From: Elusimicrobiota bacterium | GTDB taxonomy: Bacteria; Elusimicrobiota; Elusimicrobia; Elusimicrobiales; UBA9959 | Reading direction: 5' to 3' | NCBI GenBank assembly: GCA_037137395.1 | Contig: JBAXKK010000008.1 | Span: 1 to 48,406 of the forward strand | Length of the DNA: 48,406 bases | Part shown: positions 27,252-35,548 of the stretch, piece after piece | How the letters are laid out: each line of letters begins with the position of its first letter | Numbering within the stretch: position 1 is the first letter of the stretch | Notes under the pieces: model-generated | What the model was told of the DNA's origin: nothing | Databases searched by the model: none | Seen by the model: only the letters and a program-made list of their open reading frames with translations | Translations under genes and position numbers: made by a program

Positions 27252-27278
27252 CACTTTAATTCGGACACGAATCCCGGA

Positions 27279-27320
27279 AATTTAAAAGCCGGCTTTCGAA
27301 AGAAGGCCGGCTTTTAAATT
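27279..27320. terminator. Bidirectional intrinsic terminator at the tmRNA 3' end
   Basis: aatttaaaagccggct...ggccggcttttaaatt. Confidence 0.85.
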
Positions 27321-27321
27321 A

Positions 27322-27669
27322 TGGAGGCGCCGGGATTCGCACCCGGGTCCGACAATTACATGTCAGAGTCACTACAGGCTTAGTCCTGAGTTTGTCTCGG
27401 ATCGGCCTAGTTCAGGACGACAAAGCCGGTCCAAAGCTCCGTGTGGTCTTTTGCCCGCGCATACGAAGCGCGACACGCGGACAGCACCCTGCGTTTTGAC
27501 GCTCACCGGATGTTGCAGAGAGACATCCGGCAGCGAGGCTCACTTAAGCGTGAGCCCAGGCCATCTCGTTTGAGTTGGCTTTTTTGTTTTTGACCCTGTT
27601 TTACATGGCCTGGTCAACCATGGCCTGCAACTTTGACACGATAAGTTGCCGTCGAACCTATTCGCCCCC
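27322..27669 (-). ncRNA. ssrA: tmRNA
   Basis: 5' GGGGGCGAATAGGTTCGAC, 3' CCGGGTGCGAATCCCGGCGCCTCCA, G3.U alanine pair; tag ORF at 27544-27579 reads ANSNEMAWAHA*; TGcTAAAAT promoter at 27704-27712. Confidence 0.95.
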
Positions 27670-27777
27670 GATTGTCGCACCTACTATCAACTTCTACACT
27701 TATATTTTAGCAGGTTTTCATTGGTAAAGCCATAGGAAAAAGCTGTCATCACGGCTGGTTGTAGGTCCGGAAAGGAT

Positions 27778-27852
27778 AGTATCCAGTGACCCGTATCCGG
27801 TAACCGGTGGGGAACAGAGGTAAATCAGTTACCGGATACCGGTTACAACTAG
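27778..27852. repeat. Degenerate heptamer arrays after the mfd stop
   Basis: agtatcc agtgacc cgtatcc ggtaacc ... agttacc ggatacc ggttaca. Confidence 0.65.
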
Positions 27853-30800
27853 TTACTGATTGCCGGTTTTAGGCTTCCCGCCATGCGCCGGCCCCGCGTC
27901 CGCCACTTTCCGTATTACTTTTAGCGGATCGCCGCCGCCAATTATCCTGAGTCCGTCCCCAAAACGGGAGGGGAGGAAGATAAGAGAAGAGCCGAACAGT
28001 TCCTGCCACTTTTTTATGGCCGTCATATCTATGGGTGCTTTGGGCTGGAAAAAAATCTCAAGGGTTTCCCCTTTTTGAACCACCGACCTTACGGAGCGCA
28101 GCGCCAGTTCTTTTTTGAGTTTTATGATGACTGCAAGGTTCCTCAGCGGTTCCGGGGCCGGGCCGGACAGGTCTTCCAGCCCCGCCATTACCTTGTCCAC
28201 TTTTTCCAGATCAGCGTTCAGGAGCTTCTTGTAAAAATTCAGGCGCTCCATATCGTCGCCTATATAATCTTCCGGTATGAAAGCCGGGAGTTCCAGGTCT
28301 ATCTTTACATCCGGCAATGCCACATCCTGGCCGCGGCCCTTAATGCGGTTTATCTCCCCGTTCAGAAGCTTGATATACATTTCAAGGCCGATGGAATTTA
28401 TGAAACCGTGCTGACGAACCCCCAGCAGTTCACCCGCGCCGCGCAGTTCCATGTCCCGCATCGCCAGGCGAAAGCCCGAACCCAGCTCTGTAAATTCTTC
28501 AAGCGCGCTAAGCCGTTTCATGGCGAGTTCAGATATAGTGGCCTCAGGTGACAGGTTGCAGGCGGCAGGCGGCAGGGAATTTGCGCCCTTGGACTCGTAA
28601 TCTGTTACCTGCGACCTATTACCTGCAACCTTCTTCTTCATCCATCCCGGGTAAAACAGGTAGCAGTAGGCCTTCTGCTTCTCGCGGCCTATCCGCCCGC
28701 GCAGCTGATAGAGCTGGGCCAGCCCCAGCTCGTGGGCATTCTCAACTATCATAGTATTAACGCTTGGGATATCCAGGCCGGACTCGATGATGGTGGAGGC
28801 CATCAGAACATCGTACTTCTTCTGCAGAAAGTCCCACATGTATTTTTCTATCTGTTCGCCCTTCATCTGCCCGTGCACTACCGCTACGCGCAGGTAAGGC
28901 ATTATTTTTTCCAGATAAGCCCGGCGCGAATCTATGGTTTGCACGCGGTTGTGAACATAGTAAACCTGTCCACCGCGGGCCAGCTCAAAATTCACAGCGT
29001 TAATCAGAGCCGTTTCGTCGAACGGGCGGACCTGGGTTGAAATCGGCAAGCGTCCTACCGGCGGGCTCTCTATTACCGACATAGTCTTTAAAGTGGAGAG
29101 AGACTGGTAAAGCGTGCGGGGGATAGGCGTGGCCGAGAGCATCAGCAGGTGCACGCCCTTGGCCATGGCTTTCAGTTTTTCTTTATCCTTTACGCCAAAG
29201 CGGTGTTCTTCGTCTATGATCAGCAATCCCAGATTTTTTAATTTCACATCCTTCTGCAGCAGCCGGTGCGTGCCTATGACTATATCCAGCTTGCCATGGG
29301 CCAGCTCCTCCAGTATTTTCTTCTGGTCGGATCGGGTCTCGAACCGGGAGATGACTCCGATCTTAACCGGAAATTCCTTGAACCGGTTAAAAAAATTACG
29401 GAAATGCTGATCAGCCAGAATGGTGGTCGGCGCCAGAACCACCGCCTGTCGCCCGTTGAATACGGCGCGCATGGCCGCCCTCATAGCCACTTCGGTTTTT
29501 CCAAAGCCCACGTCTCCGACTACCAGGCGGTTCATGGGACTTGCGGATTCAAGATCGGTCAGCACATCGCGGATCGCCGCGCTTTGATCCGGTGTCTCTT
29601 CAAAAGGAAAGGAGGAGGCGAATTCGTTCTCCATACGCCCGGCTTCCGGAAGCGCTATTGTCTTCATCGCCATGCGCTCAGCCTCAACCTTGAGAATATC
29701 GCGGGCCAGGGTCTGGACTTCTTCGCGAACGCGGCTTTTAAGTTCGTGCCAGGTCTTCGTGTCCATATGGGAAAGCTTGGGGACTTTACCCTCAGAACTG
29801 ATGAATTTCTGCACCCGGTTGAACTCGTGCAGCGGCACCATCAGTTTATCGCCGCGGGCGTATTCCATGAGCAGACAATCGGCGTCTTCAGTATTCTCGT
29901 TGTTCGCGTTGCGGTAATAAGCCTTTTTGATACCGAGGTACCTGCCCACGCCGTAGTCTTCATGCACCACAAAGTCGCCTGTTTTAAGGTCCGCCCACTT
30001 GAAGGATTTCCCCTTCGGTTTGGAACCCTTCAGGTCTATACGGTAACGGCGCTGGAATATCTCGGAAGAGGTGAGCACGGCGGCGCGGCCGGGAGGGTAG
30101 ATGAAGCCCTCCTGTATATAACCGGTCCTGAAACTCACAAGGTCGGCCAGGCCCTTTTCCTCAAAGAGGTCACTGAGACGCTCGACCTCTCCCCGGTTTA
30201 TGCAGAAAAGCGTAACGGCATATTTTTCTTTTTTAAGACGCCTGATTTCTTTTTCCACCAGAGCTAAATCTGAATTAAAACTCATGTTGGAAACCGCGCC
30301 GAAACTTACGCCGGGAACTCCGGCCGGGAGCGCGGCGAAGGAGAAGGTTTCATCCGCGGCTATCGCCACGCCCTCTGGCAGCTCCAACCCCTGGTCCAGG
30401 AAAGCCCGCCAGCCAGGCCCAGCCAGGCCGCCGAGAGTCACAGAAGTGCCAAGTGGCGAGTGGTCAGTGGTTAGTGAGGAGTCAGCCGCCCCATTGAGAA
30501 TTTTCTGATAACTGTCCCCTGTTTGATTTACATCTTCTTTACTATCCACTCTACACTTATCACTATCCACTGTCGTATTGGGTGTGACGGCGGCCCTTTC
30601 AAGGAAACCGGAGGTGCTCTGGGTGTCTATCTCAAAAAACCTGATGCTTTCAAGCCTGTCGGAGAAAAAAAGCCTGACGGGTTTCTCGGAGTCGGGAGGG
30701 AAAAAATCCACCACCGAGCCGCGCACCGCGTATTCTCCGCGGCTCTCAACAAAGGCGACGCGCGCGTAGCCAGCCTTCTGAAATTTCCCGGACAACTCGG

Positions 30801-31167
30801 CCCTCGGATAGGTCCCGCCGGGACTGAATTCGAAGGCCAGACCCTGATAGGCGCCGCGCCCCATCATCTTTTCGGACAGGCCTTCGGGAGTGGTGAGCAG
30901 GATGAGAGACCGGCCGCCCGGACGGACATAAAGAAATTTCAGTGCCTGGGCGCGCAGAGCCGCGTCCGAACCCCAAAAAAGCGGTTCAAAATCCACCGGC
31001 GCGCATGACAGCCCCTTGAGTGAATTAAACGCGTTAGCGTAATCCGCGAATTCCTCTTCCTCTTTTACCACCAGAAGAATATCGCCTTTTTTCTCCTCAA
31101 GGGTCCTGAGCAGGCACATGGCCCGCGCGCTGACATTTGGCGCGCCCCTGACAATCTTGATATCCAT
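27853..31167 (-). CDS. mfd: Transcription-repair coupling factor
   Basis: GEYAVRGSVVD, VVHEDYGVGRY, GDVGFGKTEVA, DEEHRFGV, SATPIPRTL, QLRGRIGR, RDMELRGAG, TRCF domain. Confidence 0.97.
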   Translation of the reverse strand: MDIKIVRGAPNVSARAMCLLRTLEEKKGDILLVVKEEEEFADYANAFNSLKGLSCAPVDFEPLFWGSDAALRAQALKFLYVRPGGRSLILLTTPEGLSEKMMGRGAYQGLAFEFSPGGTYPRAELSGKFQKAGYARVAFVESRGEYAVRGSVVDFFPPDSEKPVRLFFSDRLESIRFFEIDTQSTSGFLERAAVTPNTTVDSDKCRVDSKEDVNQTGDSYQKILNGAADSSLTTDHSPLGTSVTLGGLAGPGWRAFLDQGLELPEGVAIAADETFSFAALPAGVPGVSFGAVSNMSFNSDLALVEKEIRRLKKEKYAVTLFCINRGEVERLSDLFEEKGLADLVSFRTGYIQEGFIYPPGRAAVLTSSEIFQRRYRIDLKGSKPKGKSFKWADLKTGDFVVHEDYGVGRYLGIKKAYYRNANNENTEDADCLLMEYARGDKLMVPLHEFNRVQKFISSEGKVPKLSHMDTKTWHELKSRVREEVQTLARDILKVEAERMAMKTIALPEAGRMENEFASSFPFEETPDQSAAIRDVLTDLESASPMNRLVVGDVGFGKTEVAMRAAMRAVFNGRQAVVLAPTTILADQHFRNFFNRFKEFPVKIGVISRFETRSDQKKILEELAHGKLDIVIGTHRLLQKDVKLKNLGLLIIDEEHRFGVKDKEKLKAMAKGVHLLMLSATPIPRTLYQSLSTLKTMSVIESPPVGRLPISTQVRPFDETALINAVNFELARGGQVYYVHNRVQTIDSRRAYLEKIMPYLRVAVVHGQMKGEQIEKYMWDFLQKKYDVLMASTIIESGLDIPSVNTMIVENAHELGLAQLYQLRGRIGREKQKAYCYLFYPGWMKKKVAGNRSQVTDYESKGANSLPPAACNLSPEATISELAMKRLSALEEFTELGSGFRLAMRDMELRGAGELLGVRQHGFINSIGLEMYIKLLNGEINRIKGRGQDVALPDVKIDLELPAFIPEDYIGDDMERLNFYKKLLNADLEKVDKVMAGLEDLSGPAPEPLRNLAVIIKLKKELALRSVRSVVQKGETLEIFFQPKAPIDMTAIKKWQELFGSSLIFLPSRFGDGLRIIGGGDPLKVIRKVADAGPAHGGKPKTGNQ
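28545..28631. repeat. In-frame inverted heptamer insertion in mfd (before the TRG motif)
   Basis: caggtga caggttg caggcgg caggcgg cagggaa ... tctgtta cctgcga cctatta cctgcaa. Confidence 0.8.
30445..30575. repeat. In-frame inverted heptamer insertion in the mfd N-terminal region
   Basis: agtgcca agtggcg agtggtc agtggtt agtgagg ... actatcc actctac acttatc actatcc actgtcg. Confidence 0.8.
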
Positions 31168-31173
31168 AGTTTA

Positions 31174-31183
31174 ATGATATAAT
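31174..31183. promoter_or_regulatory. Overlapping divergent -10 boxes for mfd and alr
   Basis: Minus strand TATCAT (31174-31179), 6 nt, mfd ATG; plus strand TGaTATAAT (31175-31183). Confidence 0.6.
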
Positions 31184-31210
31184 TTTATCGGATAACGTAA
31201 TAGTTCCCGA

Positions 31211-31273
31211 CTGCCGCGCCGTCTTACTGCTTTGCTGTCGTACTGTCTTGCTGCCGCGCTGTCTTGCTGATCT
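31211..31273. repeat. Octamer array filling the alr 5' UTR
   Basis: ctgccgcg ccgtctta ctgctttg ctgtcgta ctgtcttg ctgccgcg ctgtcttg ctgatct ATG. Confidence 0.85.
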
Positions 31274-32368
31274 ATGCTGAAATGGATAGAAATTGATCTT
31301 AAAATCATCGGGGCCAATGTCAGGGCTATAAAAAAAGCTCTTAACCCGGGCGTGGCTTTGATGGCGGTAGTGAAAGAAGACGGCTACGGACACGGCGCGC
31401 TGGAAGTTTCAAGATCCGCTCTCGCTAACGGGGCCGACGCGCTGGGGACGCTGACCCTTGAAGAAGCTGCTCTGCTCCGCCGGCAGGGAGTAAAGGCGTC
31501 TATTACAGCTCTGGCACCCGCTCCATCCTCCTCAGCTTCCGGTTTTATACAGTTGGGCGTGACGCCTACCGCCGATTCCCTTGACTTTATCAGAGCCCTG
31601 GATGCCGCAACGCCCGCCGGACAGAAAACTTATTACCATATCGATGTGGATTCTGGTCTCAAGCGCTGGGGCGTGGAGCCTATTGGTCTGCCGGCCTTCC
31701 TGAAAGGGACGCTGAAATTCAAAAAGGCTGTTCCCGCCGCCTTAAGCACGCACATCGCCTACACCCCTCTTAAAAACATGATCGAAGCCGAAGAAAAACT
31801 TTCTTTATTCAGGGATTCAGGGCAGTACGCTAAAACTTTTCATCCGCGCATCAAACTGCACGCGGCCAACAGCGCGGTGCTTTGCGATTTCCCGCATTGG
31901 CAGTTGGACATGGTCCGGATAGGGAATCTGCTTTACGGGCTTTACCCCTCAAAGGTTTATCTTGAGAAGACCAAGGGTCCGCCCATAAAGGGGCTAAGGC
32001 GCCCGTGGAAATTTTACGCGCGCGTCATTTCCATAAAAACGGTCAGAAAAGGGGAATCGCTGGGCTACGCCAGCGACTATGTCGCCTGCAAACCCATGAC
32101 TATCGCGACCGTCCCGGCGGGCTACGCCGACGGACTCACGCTGGAGCCGTCGGAAAAATCTATAACAATATCCGCAGGACAGGCCTATTGGGGAGTCATA
32201 AACGGCCGCGAGGCCCCCTTCGTGGGACGCTCGGCCATAGCCCACACACTTCTTGATGTAACCGGCATCCCCGGCGTCAGAATAGGCGCGCCCGTCCTTC
32301 TGCCAGTCCGCCGCACAGCGGCTTCCGCCAGAATCATCCGAGTATATATATCAAGAATTAAGGATTAA
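31274..32368 (+). CDS. alr: Alanine racemase family protein (divergent)
   Basis: AVVKEDGYGHG (PLP Lys), DSGLKRWG, HAANSA, DMVRIG..LYG, GESLGY, PAGYADG. Confidence 0.85.
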   Translation: MLKWIEIDLKIIGANVRAIKKALNPGVALMAVVKEDGYGHGALEVSRSALANGADALGTLTLEEAALLRRQGVKASITALAPAPSSSASGFIQLGVTPTADSLDFIRALDAATPAGQKTYYHIDVDSGLKRWGVEPIGLPAFLKGTLKFKKAVPAALSTHIAYTPLKNMIEAEEKLSLFRDSGQYAKTFHPRIKLHAANSAVLCDFPHWQLDMVRIGNLLYGLYPSKVYLEKTKGPPIKGLRRPWKFYARVISIKTVRKGESLGYASDYVACKPMTIATVPAGYADGLTLEPSEKSITISAGQAYWGVINGREAPFVGRSAIAHTLLDVTGIPGVRIGAPVLLPVRRTAASARIIRVYISRIKD

Positions 32369-32430
32369 GTGGTAAGAATTAAATTTAGATTCCTTACCTC
32401 TTACTACTTACCACTTAATCCTTACTATTC
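32351..32430. repeat. Inverted heptamer arrays between the convergent alr and PBP1A genes
   Basis: tcaagaa ttaagga ttaagtg gtaagaa ... ttacctc ttactac ttaccac ttaatcc ttactat. Confidence 0.85.
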
Positions 32431-32436
32431 CAAATA

Positions 32437-34557
32437 TTAGTGATTTGCGTCGCAGAAAACCGTGGGCTCTGTGCCTTTGATAAAGGCCTCAAGAAGTTTT
32501 TTTCTGCAAGTGGGCAGGGCAAGCTTACCCGTCTCAGGGTCTATTGTCACGAAAACAATTCCATCCGGCGCGGAGAAATCTCTTATCGGCTGTTCCTTTA
32601 ACACCGTATCCATGATCTCAGTCCACCATGGCAGCACGGTCCCTCCGCCGGTCCAGTCCTTCATGGGCAGCGACGTCATATCGTCATAACCCATCCAGGC
32701 CCCCGCTGCGAGATCCGGTGTCATACCGATAAACCACATATCTTTTGAATCCTGACTGGTGCCGGTCTTGCCGGCTATGGGCCGCTTAAGGCGGCTGGCA
32801 TAAACCCCGGTGCCGCGCTGCACGACGCCCTTCATCATATTGAGCAGCAGATAGGAAGTCTGCGGCGTGAAAGTTTCCTGTTCCTCCGGCATATATTCCT
32901 GCAAAACCTTCCCGTTGTTGTCTACAACCCGGAACACGGAGAACGGTTCAACATGTATTCCGCCGTTGCCGAACGTGGAAAACGCGCTTACCATTTCTAT
33001 GGGCGTCACCAGCGAAGTGCCGAGGCCTATGGACGGCACGGCTTCAAGGTTCCGCTTTATCCCGGCCTTATGGGCCACGTCCACCACCTGAGTGGGGCCG
33101 ATTCTGGTAACCAGGTAGATGGAAGCCAGGTTCCTTGAAAGCTCCAGCGCCCGGCGCAGGGTTATGCTGCCGAGGAATTTCTCGTCGAAGTCACTGGGAA
33201 CCCATATTTTGAAATCCTGGTTGCCCATAAAAGGTTGAATAGCGATATTAATGGAATACTGATCCGTGGCTCCTTCGATCAGGCGCCAGTCTTTGCCGTC
33301 GTAATAATAAGCCATGGGCGAATCATCCACTATCGTTGCCGGAGTATAGCCGTTCAGCAGCGCTGACATCCACACGAACGGCTTAAAAGTTGAGCCGGCC
33401 TGTCTGGCGGCCTGCGTCGCGCGGTTAAATTTGCTATCCCGGTAATTTCTGCCTCCGATCATGGCTCTTATGCCGCCCGTCTTCACATCCAGGATCACAA
33501 AAGCGCCCTGCAAAGTGCCGGAAGAAATTTCGGCCTCCGCCTCTCCTTTCTCCTGACGCGACCTGAAAGAATCCGAGTCGTACTTGACCAGATACTTTTC
33601 CATAATATCTTCCGCCGGAATCTGCATGGAAAGGTCCAGGGTCGTATAGATCTTAAGCCCGCCCTTTAAAAGCTGGTCAACCCCGTACTTGGGCTGGAGC
33701 TGCTGGCGTATGTACTCGACAAAATAAGAGGCGTGGCTTGAAAGCAGGGTGGATTTCTCGGCCGGAATTGGCGCCTTATTAGCCTCATCCATCTCTTTCG
33801 CGGTAATATAATGCTCGGCAAGCATCCGTTCCAGTACCAGATAGCGTCTAAGCCTTGCCTTTTCGGGGCTGGAGAAAGGCGAGAACCTCTCAGGACTGGG
33901 GATGATGCCCGCCAGAAGCGCACATTCCGCCAGGTTCATCTCCGGCACGTCCTTACCGAAATAAAGCTTGGCGGCTGACTGCACGCCGTAGACGCCGGCA
34001 CCGAAATAGATCTGGTTAAGGTAAAGCTGAAGTATCTCGGCTTTAGAAAAATTGCTCTCTATCTGCAGCGCCAAGAAGATCTCTTTGATTTTGCGGGTGA
34101 TAGTCTTTTCAGGCTTTAAAAAAATACCGCGGGAAAGCTGCTGCGTGATGGTGGAACCGCCTTGGGCCGCACGGGTGTGCATAAGGTCCCGCAGCAGGGC
34201 GCGCGCGATTCCTTTAGGAGAGATTCCCCAATGTTTGAAGAAATTATTATCCTCCATGGCTATGACGGCGTTCTGCATATCAATGGGGATGCGGCCCAAA
34301 GACAGTATAGCCCTCTTCTCCACGGAGAACTCGGCTATTACCTGATTGTTGACGTCATACACATAAGTGGTGAGAGCCGGCGTATATTCATCCAACTTAT
34401 CCACGGAAGGAATGTCGGCCAGGATCTTACGCATCATCAGCGACGCGCAAAGGATCGCCACAACAGCCGCCGCGGCTATAAGATAAATGGTCCGCATCAC
34501 CAGGGTACGGGGAGGAAGACCGTCTATATAGGCGAACAGATCCTTAACAAACTTCAT
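32437..34557 (-). CDS. mrcA: Class A penicillin-binding protein (PBP1A)
   Basis: GT51 motifs EDNNFFKHWG, GGSTITQQL, RKIKE, YLNQIYFG; transpeptidase motifs STFK, SRN, KTGT. Confidence 0.93.
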   Translation of the reverse strand: MKFVKDLFAYIDGLPPRTLVMRTIYLIAAAAVVAILCASLMMRKILADIPSVDKLDEYTPALTTYVYDVNNQVIAEFSVEKRAILSLGRIPIDMQNAVIAMEDNNFFKHWGISPKGIARALLRDLMHTRAAQGGSTITQQLSRGIFLKPEKTITRKIKEIFLALQIESNFSKAEILQLYLNQIYFGAGVYGVQSAAKLYFGKDVPEMNLAECALLAGIIPSPERFSPFSSPEKARLRRYLVLERMLAEHYITAKEMDEANKAPIPAEKSTLLSSHASYFVEYIRQQLQPKYGVDQLLKGGLKIYTTLDLSMQIPAEDIMEKYLVKYDSDSFRSRQEKGEAEAEISSGTLQGAFVILDVKTGGIRAMIGGRNYRDSKFNRATQAARQAGSTFKPFVWMSALLNGYTPATIVDDSPMAYYYDGKDWRLIEGATDQYSINIAIQPFMGNQDFKIWVPSDFDEKFLGSITLRRALELSRNLASIYLVTRIGPTQVVDVAHKAGIKRNLEAVPSIGLGTSLVTPIEMVSAFSTFGNGGIHVEPFSVFRVVDNNGKVLQEYMPEEQETFTPQTSYLLLNMMKGVVQRGTGVYASRLKRPIAGKTGTSQDSKDMWFIGMTPDLAAGAWMGYDDMTSLPMKDWTGGGTVLPWWTEIMDTVLKEQPIRDFSAPDGIVFVTIDPETGKLALPTCRKKLLEAFIKGTEPTVFCDANH

Positions 34558-34563
34558 GATTTA

Positions 34564-34572
34564 ATTATATCA
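34564..34572 (-). promoter_or_regulatory. Extended -10 promoter giving a leaderless PBP1A mRNA
   Basis: TGaTATAAT-taaatc-ATG. Confidence 0.65.
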
Positions 34573-34738
34573 AATGAACAAGAGGCGTTAATAAGCTGTA
34601 TGCGGCGAGGGCATCGCAAGGGTGAAGTTTACACCAAACCAGACCGGAGTGTACGCCCCGCGTGGATATTTTTTCTTAATCCTTTTAAACGCTTTCCGCT
34701 TTGCGTTTCATGGAGCAAAATGCTAAATTTATTTTAAT

Positions 34739-35548
34739 ATGCGAATAAAATCTTTTACAGCGCTTCTCTTCGCGGCCTTTATGGCCGCCGCCTGCTCTAA
34801 ACAAAGTGACAAGGTCATAGCTAAAGTGGGTTCAGAAAAAATAACCGAGTCTTATCTCCTTCAAAAAATGGAGGAAATACCGCCTACCGCCCAGAGCTAC
34901 CTTTCAACAAAGCCCGGCAGGAAACAGTTCCTGGACATCATCATAAATGAAAAGCTGATGATACTGGCCGCCAGAAAAAGCGCGACAGCCCGCTCAGAGG
35001 ACTACAAGAAAAGAGTAAGCGTCATGGAGAGTGAGCTCAAATCCAAGCTCAATTACTACAAGGATTATATGCTGGCAAAGATGTGGGTGGACGAGCTGCG
35101 CCAGGGCGCCGTTAAGGTCTCGGACACGGAAGTGGAAGAATATTACGCTAAAACTCCTTATGAAATAACAGTGGCGCATATGGTTATGTCCACTTATGAG
35201 GAAGCGGAGGCCACGCTTGCAAAAGTCAAAGCAGGGGCCGATTTCACAAGACTCGCCAAAGATAAATCCATGGATAAAGACAATGTCCGCCTGCCGCCGG
35301 TAATGTTCGGAGAATTCATGCCTGAACTTGAGGAAATGGCTTTTAAGATGCGCCCCGGAGAGGTTCAGGGCGTAGTAAAAACCGGAATGGGCTACCACAT
35401 CCTCAAAAAGATAGCGCAGACAAAGCCCGCCTTCGCGCAAGTAAAGGAAAGAATACGCCGCATATTGGAAAAGAAAAAATTCGACGCCTATCTCGCCAAG
35501 TTCCAGGAGAAGGCTAAAGTGGAGGTCTTAGATGAAAATTATAAATAG
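34739..35548 (+). CDS. Parvulin-type peptidyl-prolyl isomerase lipoprotein (PrsA/PpiC-like)
   Basis: Lipobox MAAAC, VIAKVG...IT, AHM, GADF..LAK..S.D, VKTGMGYHI. Confidence 0.85.
   Translation: MRIKSFTALLFAAFMAAACSKQSDKVIAKVGSEKITESYLLQKMEEIPPTAQSYLSTKPGRKQFLDIIINEKLMILAARKSATARSEDYKKRVSVMESELKSKLNYYKDYMLAKMWVDELRQGAVKVSDTEVEEYYAKTPYEITVAHMVMSTYEEAEATLAKVKAGADFTRLAKDKSMDKDNVRLPPVMFGEFMPELEEMAFKMRPGEVQGVVKTGMGYHILKKIAQTKPAFAQVKERIRRILEKKKFDAYLAKFQEKAKVEVLDENYK

Noticed and set aside
29266..30267. 333-aa plus-strand ORF and other long antisense ORFs (e.g. 7153-7872, 15050-15631, 34162-34737)
   Set aside because: These are shadow ORFs opposite well-conserved genes, with no recognisable motifs or RBS.
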